NCBI GenBank assembly: GCA_973895155.1
Contig: OZ316893.1
Coordinates: forward strand, 13,966,359 to 14,030,358
DNA: 64,000 nt
Origin: Marsupella aquatica
Taxonomy: Eukaryota; Plantae; Marchantiophyta
Direction: 5' to 3'
The notes beneath the pieces were generated by a model. That model saw nothing but the letters and a program-made list of their open reading frames with translations, made no database searches and had not been told where the DNA came from. The position numbers were made by a program, and so were the translations under genes. This document shows, piece by piece, positions 12,901 through 25,900 of this stretch. The first letter of the stretch is position 1. Each line of letters opens with the position of its first letter.

Positions 12901-14018
12901 TCACTAGGTTAGATTACCTATCACATTTTCACAGCGACTTTCATCCCGAAATTGATGCGTGCTGAGGTCACAGTCTCCATGAAGTCATATTCACCTTCGA
13001 GCCAAAGAAATGGTCGACCAGCTAGCCCTAGGACGTGCGAGCCGCACTCTCGAGCTGCTACCCGTGTTCAGGGGCACCTGGTGAGACAACGCCGTAATCT
13101 AGATCAAGCCAGCGAATGATCTATAATTGGTTATTGTGGACCTAATGAAAGAACAATACACTGCATCATAAAAATAAAGTTAATACAGCAACGAAGACAT
13201 CTCCCAAGTACGAGAGGAGGTCCTCCAATCCACCCTTCCCCGGGTAGTCCCCAAAACCAGAACTAACCTTGTCATGGGATTTTGAGCAGGTATGGATTTA
13301 CCATTAGAAAGTTCACATCTTTTTCCGGGTTTCAATTTGACGTGAAAAACCAAATCTCCACTAGTAACAAGCCTGATCTGTCGATTGCTTTACACTTTTC
13401 TTCCCAAATGAGTCACGACAGTAATCTAGTAGCATCGTGAGACACGTACATGATCGAAATTGAGTTTCTTGATGCTTTGGACATGACCAGTTACTGGTTC
13501 TCTTGGCGTGTCCCTGGCCTCAATAAGCTCGGTACAGAACTAGCATCGACTGGATTAGAAAAGAAAACAACAAGAGTGCTGACAAAATTCGCATTCGGGT
13601 AATACTAATGGAGAAAAGCTAACCTTTTGCCATTTTTTATTTCTTTTGCCTTGAAAGATCATTTGGAATTCCATTCACAAAGACAGCCTTTGCCGTTCTT
13701 CTGCCCTGGTGAGATTTGGTCAACTCTATAAAAACGATGGGCAATTGTTGGTCAAAGGAGTGCTTTCCAGAGAGCTGCCTTCATAGCTCGCTTACTACCC
13801 TAAACCAAAATCACGTGACTGAGTTGTTGGTTGCAAGCTACGTAGACGCTCTTTTTTCGTCTTGAAAACTCTACTTCAATCAAAGCTAGACTTTCGTGAG
13901 GCAATAGAGTTTCCCCTAAATGAGAATATATCATGCTACTCATGGTGTATATGCCCTTGCCACAGGGTGAGTTAGGTTTAGGCCTCCGCTCTTGACTTGT
14001 GAAGCAAACACAGATGAA

Positions 14019-14158
14019 AGTACCAGAGCCAGATGACTAAGTACTCAGTTTTGCCTCCAGGTGCGTGCTCTTTCACCTAGAACTTAGTCATCTGGCTCTG
14101 GTACTCATTTTTGCCTTAGTTGAGGTACCTGAGCCAGATGACAAAGTTCTAGGTGAAA
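14019..14158. repeat. Three-arm inverted repeat (forward/reverse/forward)
   Basis: 14019-14042 is the perfect reverse complement of 14082-14105; 14125-14158 is the reverse complement of 14071-14104 with two mismatches. Confidence 0.9.
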
Positions 14159-17100
14159 TTAAGAATTCCAGGTGACATTAAGAATTCTAGGTGAAATTAA
14201 GCATAGTCCATCAATAGGAGCAAACCAAGTCATCGATTGAGCACGAGGATAGAATTCGAAAAGCCCCAAGATAGGACACAGATGTACAGTGTACTGGAGG
14301 GACGATCAGGTTAATGCATGCCCTGAGCAAAACTTAAACCATTGGGCAGCATAGATTTGTATCTAGAGTTATTTTACTTTCTACTCACCTGTACATTGAT
14401 ACATGGTGCCCTACATCTAGCTTGGAATCTTCATAAAATATGCATTTTCCCCAAATCAAATTTCTCCAACACTACCTAAAATTTTGTGCCAGGACTTACA
14501 TTTCAATAATGATTAATTTTTCCCATGAAGTAGAAGTACCGACGAGCTATATATGCAGCTGGAAGGTGTGACAAATCCAGCCCATCCTAAACTGGATTCA
14601 CCTGTAGTTCTTTGAGTTCCTTTCATAGCCTCTATTTGTCCTGACCCCCTATTTGACCCAGTTCTCACCAATTTGTTCACCCTCTCCATTTACGAAGACT
14701 TCTGAGATGATCAATACCGACTAATATGGTTCGTTACATGGCATGGTGAATGGACGCCGTCAAAGCACACACACTTCCACCGAGATGTCTTTTGCGACAC
14801 GGTCAATGATTGGTTACATTCGCCGTGTCGGTTCTCGTTTCTTTTCTCAAGATCGCCGTAATAGTAGGCTTGCCGAACGCCAATTGGGGTGCACCCATTC
14901 CATTCTGGCTCCCACGCTGTCCCGGTCCAAGACGAAAATGCAGCAGCTCGGAACACTACAGCAATGCACACGGCCCAAGGTCTCCAGCATTGCTCATGAT
15001 TGTCTCCCAATACGGCATTACGCGGGGCGGCGAGTTATGGCCGTGCACTCACCATCGAGGGAAACGTCTGGCTGCGGATCATGGGGTGGCCTGCTTGTTT
15101 TGGTCAAAGAATTGAATCTCGAGCTACATGACTCGAGAGAGGTAGGATGCAGAATTTGCATTGACCTTCTGGTTTGTAACCTAGTAACATAATATCGACC
15201 TGTCCGAAAAACGAAACCGGGCATATACCCAGCTTACCACCAGAAAGGTGTGGAGGAGAAAGAAGTTCGGAAGTAGTGCCTATGGACGTGCGCAGCCTCA
15301 ATCATGTGTTCAACAGAAATATTGTACTGTAGAAAAACTCTAGCTGTGTGCAGGAACGAGGGCAGATTGCTGTCGACTGGGAATGCCGTATGTAGCGCCC
15401 TGATGCTGATACTGCAATGCTCACCAGCGCTTCAAATCAAACGTAACTTGTTGAGGAACTGTCCAGTAAACACCTTTTCAACGTTCCGATGACAACTGGT
15501 TATTGTCACTACGGTCCAGCAATTCTAAGCGTCGGCGAGCAGCTGATGAAACCTGAACAAGTCCCTATCTGGTCGCTGACGGTTCCGTCATACTACAATA
15601 ACCCTTTCACGAACGTCCGTTGAAATTATGATCCAACAACGACCTATGTCTCTGTCAATTTTCCGTGGATCAACAACCTTGTACATCTGGAGCAATCTTC
15701 TTCTCCCTCTAATTTGACGAACTAAGATGACTTTTGCTCCGTCAGAGGGTCTGAAGTCACTAACTACGTTCCTGTTCTCGGCGCAGAATGCGACTGCCAA
15801 TTGCTACCCTCAAGAAATGGACAATGAGTGACGATGGTGCAAAGAATGACGTTAATAGCACTGTGCAGAGCATTTCTCTATCAACCGGGAAAACCTTTAG
15901 CCAATAGAAATCTAGGTTTCGAAGATAGGTAACATGATTGCTCGGCAAAGCGGCCATGGCGTAAGTCTCTGCTGAGTGATAGAGGTTGTGATTGTAGGTA
16001 CACTCACCGGCTTTCTGGCACACAGACCTTTGGTTCACCTTGGGCTTTCCCTCCTTTGGGTGCCCCGCTGTATAGATCTGTTTCAATGAATGGAATTAAT
16101 GAAATGGTTCGGGGCACAAAGGTAGAGGTTATGATGAGTTTGATGGTTGGTGGTTTTGCTTTTGATTTCTTGCGGAGAACATTTAGCTCGTGCCATGTAC
16201 CCACACGCCACCTATCATTAGCGTCAGTGACAATTCCTTCGGAATATCGACCTTGTATTGGTTCAATCTTCTGTAGACATTAATCGGGGCTAAAGACGAC
16301 CGGATTATTCTTAGCAAAACTGGTCCTAGGAGACAGTTGGTCCTAGGAGACAACCGTATTCTCTGACAAGGAGGTCCGGCCATAATCACTGAGTCAACTT
16401 AAGCAGGTCCATAGCTGTAGCCGATCAGAGAGAATTATAAATGACCTCCACAAGTTGGGCGATGGGAAGTCTTGAAACGATTGTGAGGCTGGTCTTTGTG
16501 GTCGCCAAATGCTTGTGAAAGACCGGGGTGAAAGAGAGTTCCTTAGCCACCGTTGTTGAGATCGCACCAAGGATAAGCTCTAAATTATCAAGTACTTTCT
16601 GAACAGGCCAGGGAGAAAAGTGATTCCTTCATGCCAATAGGAGACTTACCACCACCAAATTATGTGGAATAGGTGGATAAGGATGTCGACCTTCATAGAG
16701 TTGAAGCTCCAGTTATGACAAAGACCATTGTTCCTAAAACCTCGCTTAAAACAAGACGGTTACTAACACAGAGAAAATACTCACGAGGTGAAGTCATACA
16801 TTTTGTCAATCTGTTCTCGTTTAGTTATAACGGCTGATATCTTTCTAGATAACGGCTGCTATGGAAGAGACTATGAAATATTCTTCTTGTTTGTATCCTA
16901 ATCAATGCAATGCGCTCTTAATTCCACAAGTGTCACTGTGGCAGAGGTAAAGACAAGTATATATGTCAGCCAGTTCACATGTAGGTTTGAGACAATAATC
17001 TGATCACCAACTCTTAGAGCAGTCAGTCATATTTGAAGACTTTTCTTGACTTCTAAAATTTATCACCGGCCGGTTAATTAAATATAATCTCGTACGTGAG

Positions 17101-17222
17101 AAGTTTAGGGTTTAGGGTTTTGACATTGAATCCAGCGAGCATGGTTGTGGTACTAAGATAATGGACAAGGCAGGACTGCTTTAGTCGTGGTCCTCAATTT
17201 GGGAAGACGGAGAAGAAATCTC

Positions 17223-17284
17223 CATCTTCCTACCAGCTAAGGTCCATACGCTGCATCTTCCTACCAGCTAAGGTCCATACGCTG
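17223..17284. repeat. Perfect 31-bp tandem duplication
   Basis: CATCTTCCTACCAGCTAAGGTCCATACGCTG x2. Confidence 0.9.
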
Positions 17285-18299
17285 CAGTAAGAAATCTCCC
17301 TCTTCAAACTGAGTCATCACACTTATCATGAGCTTAAGAAGCTGCGCAGAAAGTATCTACTTCTATAATATGTAATGCCGCCAAAAAGTTCTTTCGTCTG
17401 CTTACAAATTCAGAAATGGAGGGAACAAACCTGAGCCGTCAGATTTTTTCAAAGATTTTTTTGTACTCTTGGATTGATTGACCAGGTATGTCAAATGATA
17501 TGCTCAATTTAATAGTAAAATACAAAGTATAGGAGATGATACTGATCTGACATCCTATATGAGAAGATACTTATGTGACATCATCTTACTTAAATGTGTT
17601 TGTTTTTTCAAATATGAAAGTACACACGAATGGAAGGAGAATCTTTTGGGGCATGAGAAACTTTGAGATTTTTGCAGAGCCTATGAGACTCTAGAAGGAA
17701 GGAAAATTGGTTAATTTTCTCCTTCTTTTTCTTCTTTGTATTTAGTTGTACATTTTTTCTGCTTATTTAATGGTGCCAATGTAAGAAAAAAGGGAGTAAT
17801 GGTGTTGAATTGGAATGTAAAATTAGGAAAAACGGGGAGAGAAAAAATTAAAATATTCCCCTCCCAATAGTATCAAAGCACCCGGGGCCATCATTTCTCT
17901 TGCACTCGCTCTCACCCTTCACATCCTTGCTCTCCCCAACAATATGGTTTTCACAACAAAACAATTTTTTCTTCCAAAATAAAATAAAAATGCAAAAGCA
18001 AAGTCAAATCTTTTTACATATTTTGATTATTATTATTTCTATGTTTTATAGAAAATCAGTCCCAAATTTGTTATTCCATCTATACCTCCAACATTCTCTT
18101 TGAAAATCATGGCCAGAGTGACTTCAACGTCATAATGACGAGATGGTCGCAACAACATATGAGATGTCTAAACAACGTTCTTGCCTCACTTACATTAATT
18201 TGCATTATCTACAATTCTTTGGCTCACTTGCATCTTATAGCATTTCTTTACCTCGAGTCAAAATGTTCTCAAATCTTGGCCTCAATGCAATGTACATTA

Positions 18300-18950
18300 A
18301 GCATGCCTTGACATTTTTGTCTTCTTTTGCCTTCACATCTTTGCCTTGCCTACATCTTTTGCTTCTCTCAAAATGTTTTTATCTCTTTCACTCATGTTGA
18401 CATCTTTTCTCTCCTCGATTTTTTTCTCTTCTCAAAATCTTTTTCTCATCTCACCATCTTTTTCTCTCTTTGACATATTTTCTCATCTCAACATTTTTTG
18501 CTCACCTCAACATTTTTTGCTCACCTTGGCATCTTTTGTTCACCTTGGCATATTGTCTCTCCTTGAAATCTTTTGCTCTCCTCAACATATTTTGCTTACC
18601 ATGACATCTTTTGCTCACCTGGACATCTTTTCTCTCCTTTACATGTTTTATCACCTTGACATCGTTTGCTCACCTTGAATCTTTTATCACCTTGACATTT
18701 TTTTCTCTCTTTGACATCTTTTGTCACCTCGACATCTTTCGTGCAACGCACGGGCATTGGGTTCTTGCAGGAAAACATGCTTACATTTATCACCTTGACA
18801 TCTTTTGCTCGCCTTGACATCTTTTTCTCTCTTTGACATGTTTTATCACTTGGACATCTTTTGCTTACCTTGATAGTTTTCTCTCCTCGACATCTTTTGT
18901 TCACTTTGACATCATTTATCTCCTCGACATCTTTGGTCGGCTTGACATCT
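18300..18950. repeat. Degenerate ~20-bp pyrimidine-rich minisatellite inside the Helitron
   Basis: Many variants of TCACCTTGACATCTTTTGC / TCTCTTTGACATCTTT; boundaries approximate. Confidence 0.85.
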
Positions 18951-19064
18951 TTCATGCAATGCACGGGCATTGAGTTATTGCAGGAAAATATGCAGGGACC
19001 CTTACATTTATCCCACGGATTCTGTTGACATATGACAAATCACTTCCTTTTTTATTTCATAGGG

Positions 19065-19312
19065 TCCAATTTCCCATTTGAGTGGCATATGCAATGACCA
19101 TAAACCGGGCCATAAACAAAGTTCAAGGTCTGTTAGACTTTAGAACATGTACTAGGGTTACAACTTTCAAAGCCCCTGCATTTAGGCACGGACAGTTGTA
19201 TGCAGCATTTCAAGGGCAATATCTCCTACAACTATCAAGGTTTTACTTTCGGATTGCAAGGAGGGTCAAGCAAGGTTGACAAAAAAATTGTATATGATGA
19301 GGTTCTTTATTG
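19065..19312 (+). pseudogene. Helitron RepHel Pif1-helicase C-terminal fragment (frameshifted)
   Basis: QFPI*VAYAMTIN...KVQG...PAFRHGQLYAAF-SR...IKVL...TKKIVYDEVL corresponds to the Helitron consensus QFPLRLAFAMTINKSQG...PVFSHGQLYVALSR...TxNIVYxEVL. Confidence 0.85.
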
Positions 19313-19410
19313 AACGGGTGAATTAAGATTCTATCACTTTAATTTGTATTAATCTGTTTGACTTTTAATTTGCCTGAATACATGTTTGCAATGCACAACC
19401 ATGTTTGCCT

Positions 19411-19630
19411 CGCCTCAAAATCTTACCTTACCCTCACCTCCAAAATCTTACCCTCTCCTCGACATCTTGCCCTCACCTCCAAATCTTACCCTCACCTTGA
19501 CATCTTGCCCTCTCCTCGACATCTTGCCCTCACCTCGACATCTTGCCCTCGCCTCCAAATCTTGCCCTCACCTCGACATCTTGCCCTCGCCTCCAAATCT
19601 TGCCCTCACCTCGACATCTTGCCTTCACTC
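19411..19630. repeat. 19-bp minisatellite subterminal to the Helitron 3' end
   Basis: About 11 alternating units CCTCACCTCCAAATCTTAC / CCTCACCTCGACATCTTGC. Confidence 0.9.
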
Positions 19631-21911
19631 GAAGTCTTTCGTGCAACGCACGGGCATGGGGCTAGTTTACCTATAACATGTAAATGAAATTGTGCCCGTC
19701 AATGTGGTGCAACACGCTGTACTTGAGAAGCCTGAAACATGGCATGGATTTAAAAGTAACAGTGCTGTTATAGTAGCTGTGGGCAAGACGCTGTAATTGG
19801 AGCGAGTCCCAAAACCTACGATAGGTATCTGCTTATCGTCCAAGTGCAAATGCAAATGCTGACGATGTGAGCGTCTCTCGTATAGATGCCCACTTGTATG
19901 TAGAAGACCAGTTGGGATCATGCTTGGATTTAAGGTGATTTGAATTCTCTGGATATCTTCCAGACTAATAATAGACAAACTCGTGACGTTTCTTACTTCG
20001 TCACAAAATTGAGCTTTCCCACAAAGGACGTTACATGCATGCGTTTGAATATGGAGGTTTGCATTGAGAACCTCTAGGACGATAATTCAGAAGAGTTTTT
20101 GTCAAATGTCGGCATTTGATACAGGCAAAGATGGCTAATCCTGGAACAGGAGCAGAAACAGGACGGAATCTGCCGTATAATTAATAAGTGGTACTGACAT
20201 AGAGAGATCTAAGCAAGGGAGGAATTAAACCTGTATGGCAATTACGTTGAACGATCTCTGTGTAGCTTGGTCATTTGAATTAAAGCATGACGACACACAC
20301 TATCCGGGTCCAAGGCAGTGTGCATTGGACCGAGGGAGAGCTTCCAGACCCTTGCAGTCGAGTTATTTGACCTGCTGAATTTCGAGATCGGTTGCAGCAC
20401 TTCAAATCAGGATTCCTGGGGATTTTCAAGGTTCCGAGAATTCTGCCCAACAGGTATGGCGACGAGGAGCAGATTGAAGACTGCATCAACTCGCAGTAGA
20501 AGTCCCTGGTGCTGGAGATCGTGACCAATTTGGAGAGTGACGGAAACATATGAATTATGTTTGCAGCGCAGGTGCAATACTTAGAAATATTATGCACATT
20601 CAATTTCTCTGACATGATGCCTTGCAAGGAGCACCCAAACTAAGACGTCTTTATGCCAGCTACAGAATTTTTATCAGGAGACTTGCCATTTTAAAGACGT
20701 TTGCTGCCCAAACCTTCCCGAGTTGCTCGTTACTTTGAGGTTTGTACACGTCCATCTATTGGCTACTACCATCATTGCCCAGCTCCAGGTGAGTGACTTG
20801 TCCCACCAGCACGAAGAGTACGAGACTTCTACGAGTGCTATATTCGAAACTGGATGTTATCCTACTTCGATTGGAGCTCTGGAGGCCACCCAGAACGGCG
20901 GAAGATGATAATTCTGGGACATCGAACACAATCAGTTCCTATTACATTTGCCTGCATTATGCACTGATAATCTGAGCTTTAGAGTGGGTTTTTTGGAGAC
21001 AATTGATCATCGCCTTGGCCAAGTCAAGCCACCGGGCAGGCTTTTCCCAACTGTTGGTCGTTGCTCGAGACTTCTACAGATTAACGTAAACATACTTCAG
21101 GAATACATGTATTTATGTCACTCAGCTTGAAGCTGCACGGATTCGGAAATGAAAGCTTTCAGTGAAATCAATTCCGACACAGTCAGGCAATGAACAGGGA
21201 CAGAGGGTGAAAATTCTGTCCCGAGTCACGATCTGCCAGAGGAGAAACAAACACATACTAAGAAGTTCAAATACCAGAGGGAGAGATCAAACCAGGGAAG
21301 AATTAAAATTACAAAGCATAAAAAAATGCTCAAATTGAAGATGTCAGAGGTACACCAACGAAGAATTTCAAGTACTAAGAGAAATTCCGGGGATTATGCA
21401 CCGATGGTGCCGTTTTAGATTGTCATCGGTCTCCTTGCCAGAGGTCGTCCGAAATGATGAAGAGGTAAAAGAAGAAGTGGATTCTTTTTTGGGCAGGAGA
21501 GAATTCCAAGACGTCTTGCCTCAGCTCAAGCTAGATGCAAAATTTTGTTAAGAAGACGGTCTTTTGCTCCCTGGTCAGTCTAATTAGACCTCAGGAAAGG
21601 TGAGAGGGTCTGCATGTCAAATCTTCCATCAAATGCTTGAATCTTGGCCTCGGGAGACGTCCGGTTGTGTGGGAACGACCTCTGCAGTGCTTTCGAGGGC
21701 GATTTCTAGGTGATCTCAGAGACTTCGGGATCGTTTCACGAGCTCTGCATTTTGGCACCGGTCGCAAGCTAGGATTTGCCCAGGCTTGCAGAAGTTGGAC
21801 AGCTTTAATGCTCCAATTGCAACTGTTGCACCTCCTGGATCTTGCCAACTTTGAGGGCCTATTATTGCCCATATTGCCAATCTTGACCGGGCATTCTTCC
21901 TCCAAGAATGC

Positions 21912-22440
21912 AAAAGTTAAGTCCTGATGGACAGGGGGTATGTTTTGCCCATCCCCATGGACTATTGTGTCAACTTTACACCCAAAATATACGTGGGGCT
22001 ATCTTAAGAAAGGACTATTCACTTTGAAAATGATGCCCCAAGTAGGTTTTGGAGGTGTCTTGACCAACTGTAAAATGCTAGGTTTTAGGATACTTGTGTA
22101 TTTATTTAAAAAGAAATAGGATCTTTTAGGCAGCTCAAAATTTTCCAGCATGTTCTCTGATGTCCAATCTATTATCTGACAAAGTTTCATTTTTCCATTT
22201 GGTCCATCACCAATGAGTGCAAAGATAGTCAGATAATATAACCTAACCGCCAACGGATGCTTCACTTTTATGAAGGACACCCTGAGTAGTTTGCGTGAGC
22301 CGTGACTTACAAGTCACATATGAGTCAAAACTGTAAAGAGTATTATCCAAGCAGATTTTGATGTTCTGAGTCAGTCCGTGCCAGCTTTGGAAATACACAG
22401 GGACTTCACAGCAAACCCAGTCCATCCAGGCTTTACTTTC
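21912..22440. mobile_element. Non-autonomous MULE-like element, copy A (529 bp)
   Basis: Perfect 10-bp TSD CCAAGAATGC (21902-21911 and 22441-22450). Imperfect TIR: AAAAGTTAAGTCCTGATGGAC on the left versus GAAAGTAAAGCCTGGATGGAC (reverse complement of the right end). 9-11 bp TSDs are typical of Mutator. Confidence 0.75.
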
Positions 22441-22973
22441 CCAAGAATGCTCTCAAACATATAAACTAAAAAATCACGATCTTCATTAAATATACAATAA
22501 TGTCCTGTTTAGACGGATATAATGCCTCTAGTTTTAAGGGGCTATTATTGCCTTTTTTTTCAAAAAGGGCGAAGCGCCAAAAAAACCACACGAGGGGGCA
22601 AAAACCACCCAAGCAAGACAGAGAGGCCACCACGCCAAGGGCCAAGCGACCAACAAAAACACCCTAGTCAGGCCACTCAACCCTAAAGATCCAGGTCATG
22701 ATGGCCCCTAAAGCAAACCAATTTGGATCCATAGTGTGCACCTTCCTGCTATCCTGCCACCGGCTGTCCTGCTGTCTACTGAGACTATCTAAGTATGTCA
22801 TCCTAGTACTACCACTGTAATTCGCCATATCCATACTCTCAAGTTTGGTCCTACTTGGATGGTAATAACCAATTCTCTTCGAAGATTGATGCCGGTTAGT
22901 CACCCTGGTGAACTCCTTGTCACTGTTAGTCAGGCCATGGATATAAAGTCTCCCTTTGTCAGTGTTGTTTGTT

Positions 22974-25900
22974 TCAACCATCTTCGTCTTGAGTGTTCAT
23001 TGCAATAGGGCTCTCAATAGTCTCCCAGGGCTTAAGGATTACCTGGAGTTGGTCAATGGCTTTCCGAATCTGCTTGCCCTTCTTCTCAGATGTACACATA
23101 TCAAGCATGGCCTTGAGGTGGGTTTCAGCTTGGCGCAAGACCACCCATCCTGGGATTCTCCCCAGGAATTGGGAGTACGTAGCAGCATTTCGCTCATTCC
23201 AAATACTGTTGCACAATTCCATAATGATGACCATCGGGCTAGGTTTCCGCTTATGCAAATGGACAGCCGCATTCACAGCATCATAGAGAGATCCTTGGAT
23301 GACCTGCAGGGCAGTGGAATATTTCACAAGCCTCTGTACCTCCTGCCATCTGGTAATGACAGTGCGGCAGCTGAAAAAAAGGTGTTCAGTGTGCTCAAAT
23401 TGCAGTTTGCACCTAGCACAAATACCATTGCTTACTCCCCAGTGGCTGGCCCTACCATTCGTGAAGAAACCATGGTTCATCAGCTGCCAGATAAAAAAGC
23501 GGACCTTAGGGAATGCCCACCCACCCCACAGTTTCTTACATTTTTGTTGTGTGGTTGGCTGATTTGTCCCCACCTTTTGTTTAGCTTCGTGACATCCAAT
23601 GGTTGACATTTGTTGCAGGTGGCCCACACAGAGTTGGGGAATTTCCAGCCCCGATTTCTTCCCTTCCATCCCCACTACCAACCCTCACTCTCGTGCAAGT
23701 TGTGCTCAATGATACCCGTGCTTTGCTGCAATTTGGTGTAGAAAATGCTGAATTCCTCGAATCCCACCATCCTAGTGCTTTGTAGCCTTGGGGTGATGGC
23801 TTCTTTGGGAATCCACCCACCATCCCGTGTCCTGAGGTCCAAGAGTTTCTTGATTCCACGATTAGCCAAGAAGCATCTCAAATGTGGATGCTTCCAAGAT
23901 CAGAGAAAGTGTTATTGCGTAGATACAAGAGAACGGTCTGCTCAATAGACAGATTGGCAGGGAGCTGCCCCTCCCCAAAGTTGAACTTCAGTTGCTTGCT
24001 CTTTTGGTGCCATCCTCTTAACAAACCTTTTAGCATTGTGGAGCCTTTGAGCTCAAGATCGTCACTCAGAAGTATGGCTTCACTAGCTGTCCATCAGGCT
24101 CTTCTTTCTTTCTTCTTGGGTCCAAAATGAAGCCCTCTCTTGATGATGTCATGAGCCATCTTGATTGATTCTCTGTCAGTGCCCATGATGAGCTTAGTAA
24201 TGTGTCGCATCTTCAAGGCTTGGGCCTGCTCCTCAAATGGCTGAATGCCCAATCCGCCATCACCTTTGGTGTTAGTAATGTCCTTCCAAGCAATCAAAGC
24301 TTTCTTGCAGCCAGTCTGTCGTGAGAGCCCCCACAGAAAATGTCTGCAAACTTTCTCCATCTCTTTGTACCCGTTCTGGTATAGCTCCTATGTCATCAAG
24401 TGATAGGTGGGGATGGAAAGTAGTACATGTTTTAGTAAAATCGATCGGCCAGCCATAGTTAAGCTTCTATTGGTCCAATGAGACAGTCTTTTCCTCAATT
24501 TCCCAATGAGAAAGGCAGCTTCATGTGCGGGCCTGACTTTGTACCCAATAGGGCTCCCTAAGTATTCGGTGACCTCCCCCTCCTTGGCAACCCAACATCC
24601 CGTAGCTTGCATCCACCCAGGGTAGATTTTGTCCTTGAGGTGAATGGGGATGATCTTAGATTTTTGCACATTCAGCAATGCCCCAAAAATGTTCTCATAG
24701 TTTCCCTAGCACAATTGAACTCAGCTTCAGTGGCTGCAAGGAATAGTCCGGTATCGTCAGCAAATAGTTGATAGCACAGTCTGTTTTCACCCATGAGTTT
24801 CAGCCCGTTGAGATCCCCACACTCAATTCTTCTCTTGAGCAATGCCATAAGCGGTTGAGTGGTGAGGGTGAAAAGGAGAGAGGAAAGGGGGCATATATCC
24901 TTGTCTCACTCCTCTCTGTAGGTCAATCGGTTCAATGAACCTCCCATTTATGTGGACTTTGGATTGGGTCTGCTCCACCAGACCTTTCATTCAAGTGGTC
25001 ACCTCCTCTGCAAAATTCATCGCCCTAAGCACAGACCACAAGAAGGAGTGTGCGACCCAGTCATAGGCTCGGGCTTTCATTGGTGAAGTCCAGTTTGAGA
25101 AAAAGCAGCTGTTGTTTAGTCAGTTGTGTGTACTCTTGGGCCATTTTGTAGGTCATCAGGTTGTCCAAGATGTCCCTTCCTTCCAGAAATCCGGTTTGTT
25201 GTGGGTCCACAAGCTGAGATGCCACCTTCTTCACACAGTTTGCCACAAGCTTAGCTATCAATTTCTCAGTCTGTGATAGTGAGCATAGTCAACGGTCTCT
25301 AGTTGATAAGGTCAACGGTATCCTGATTCTTGGGGATGACCTTAACTACCCCAGCAGAAGCCCGGGTTGTGAGTTTCCCATCCGTCCAGAAAGCCTGAAC
25401 CATCGGAGTACAGGATCTGGTTTCATGTAAGTCCAATCATCCCTTGACCAGCATCTCTGCAGTGACACCGTCAATTCCCGGGGCTTTTTCCTTGGGGAGA
25501 CTAAAGACCACTTTCTCAGTTGGCATGGCAGCAAGAGCACAGTTCTGTACATCCGTGACCTTGTTTGAAATCAGTGCCATGGCATCCTCCAGCAGGCCCT
25601 TGTGGTCTTCCACTCGTGGGTCAGCAGTGTACAAGTTCGAGTAGAAAGTCAAAATCTCCTTGAATGAGGATTTTGTCCTCATCATCTGTGATCTCCCCGT
25701 TGGCTAGCCTCAGGCTCTTGATGCTCTCCCTAGCATGTTTAGCTTTTAATTGGTTGAAAAAGTATTTTGTTGGTGCTTCCCCGAGTTTCAGCCACCTCAC
25801 TCTACTCTTCCTATGCAACTTGATTGCTTCTTCCTTGGCTGATTCCCGAGTTTGTTCCTCCACCCTCCTGATTTCATCCAGCTTTTCAGTAGTTGGGTTA

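Larger units (their letters stand above)
17356..19665 (+). mobile_element. Non-autonomous Helitron (2.3 kb)
   Basis: 5' A|TCTACTTCTATAATAT; 3' hairpin CGTGCAACGCACG followed by GGCATGGGGCTAG|T; inserted between A and T with no TSD; carries a Pif1 helicase C-terminal remnant. Confidence 0.88.

Noticed and set aside
17104-17120. Telomere or interstitial telomeric array (TTTAGGG x2)
   Set aside because: Only two units; a common telo-box-type motif in plant DNA.
18143-19687. Repetitive ORFs inside the small Helitron
   Set aside because: Translations of minisatellites; only the helicase remnant is real coding sequence.
22956-23606. 216-aa plus-strand ORF as an antisense gene
   Set aside because: Lies exactly opposite the L1 zf-RVT ORF, starts at a non-ATG codon and has no recognisable motif.
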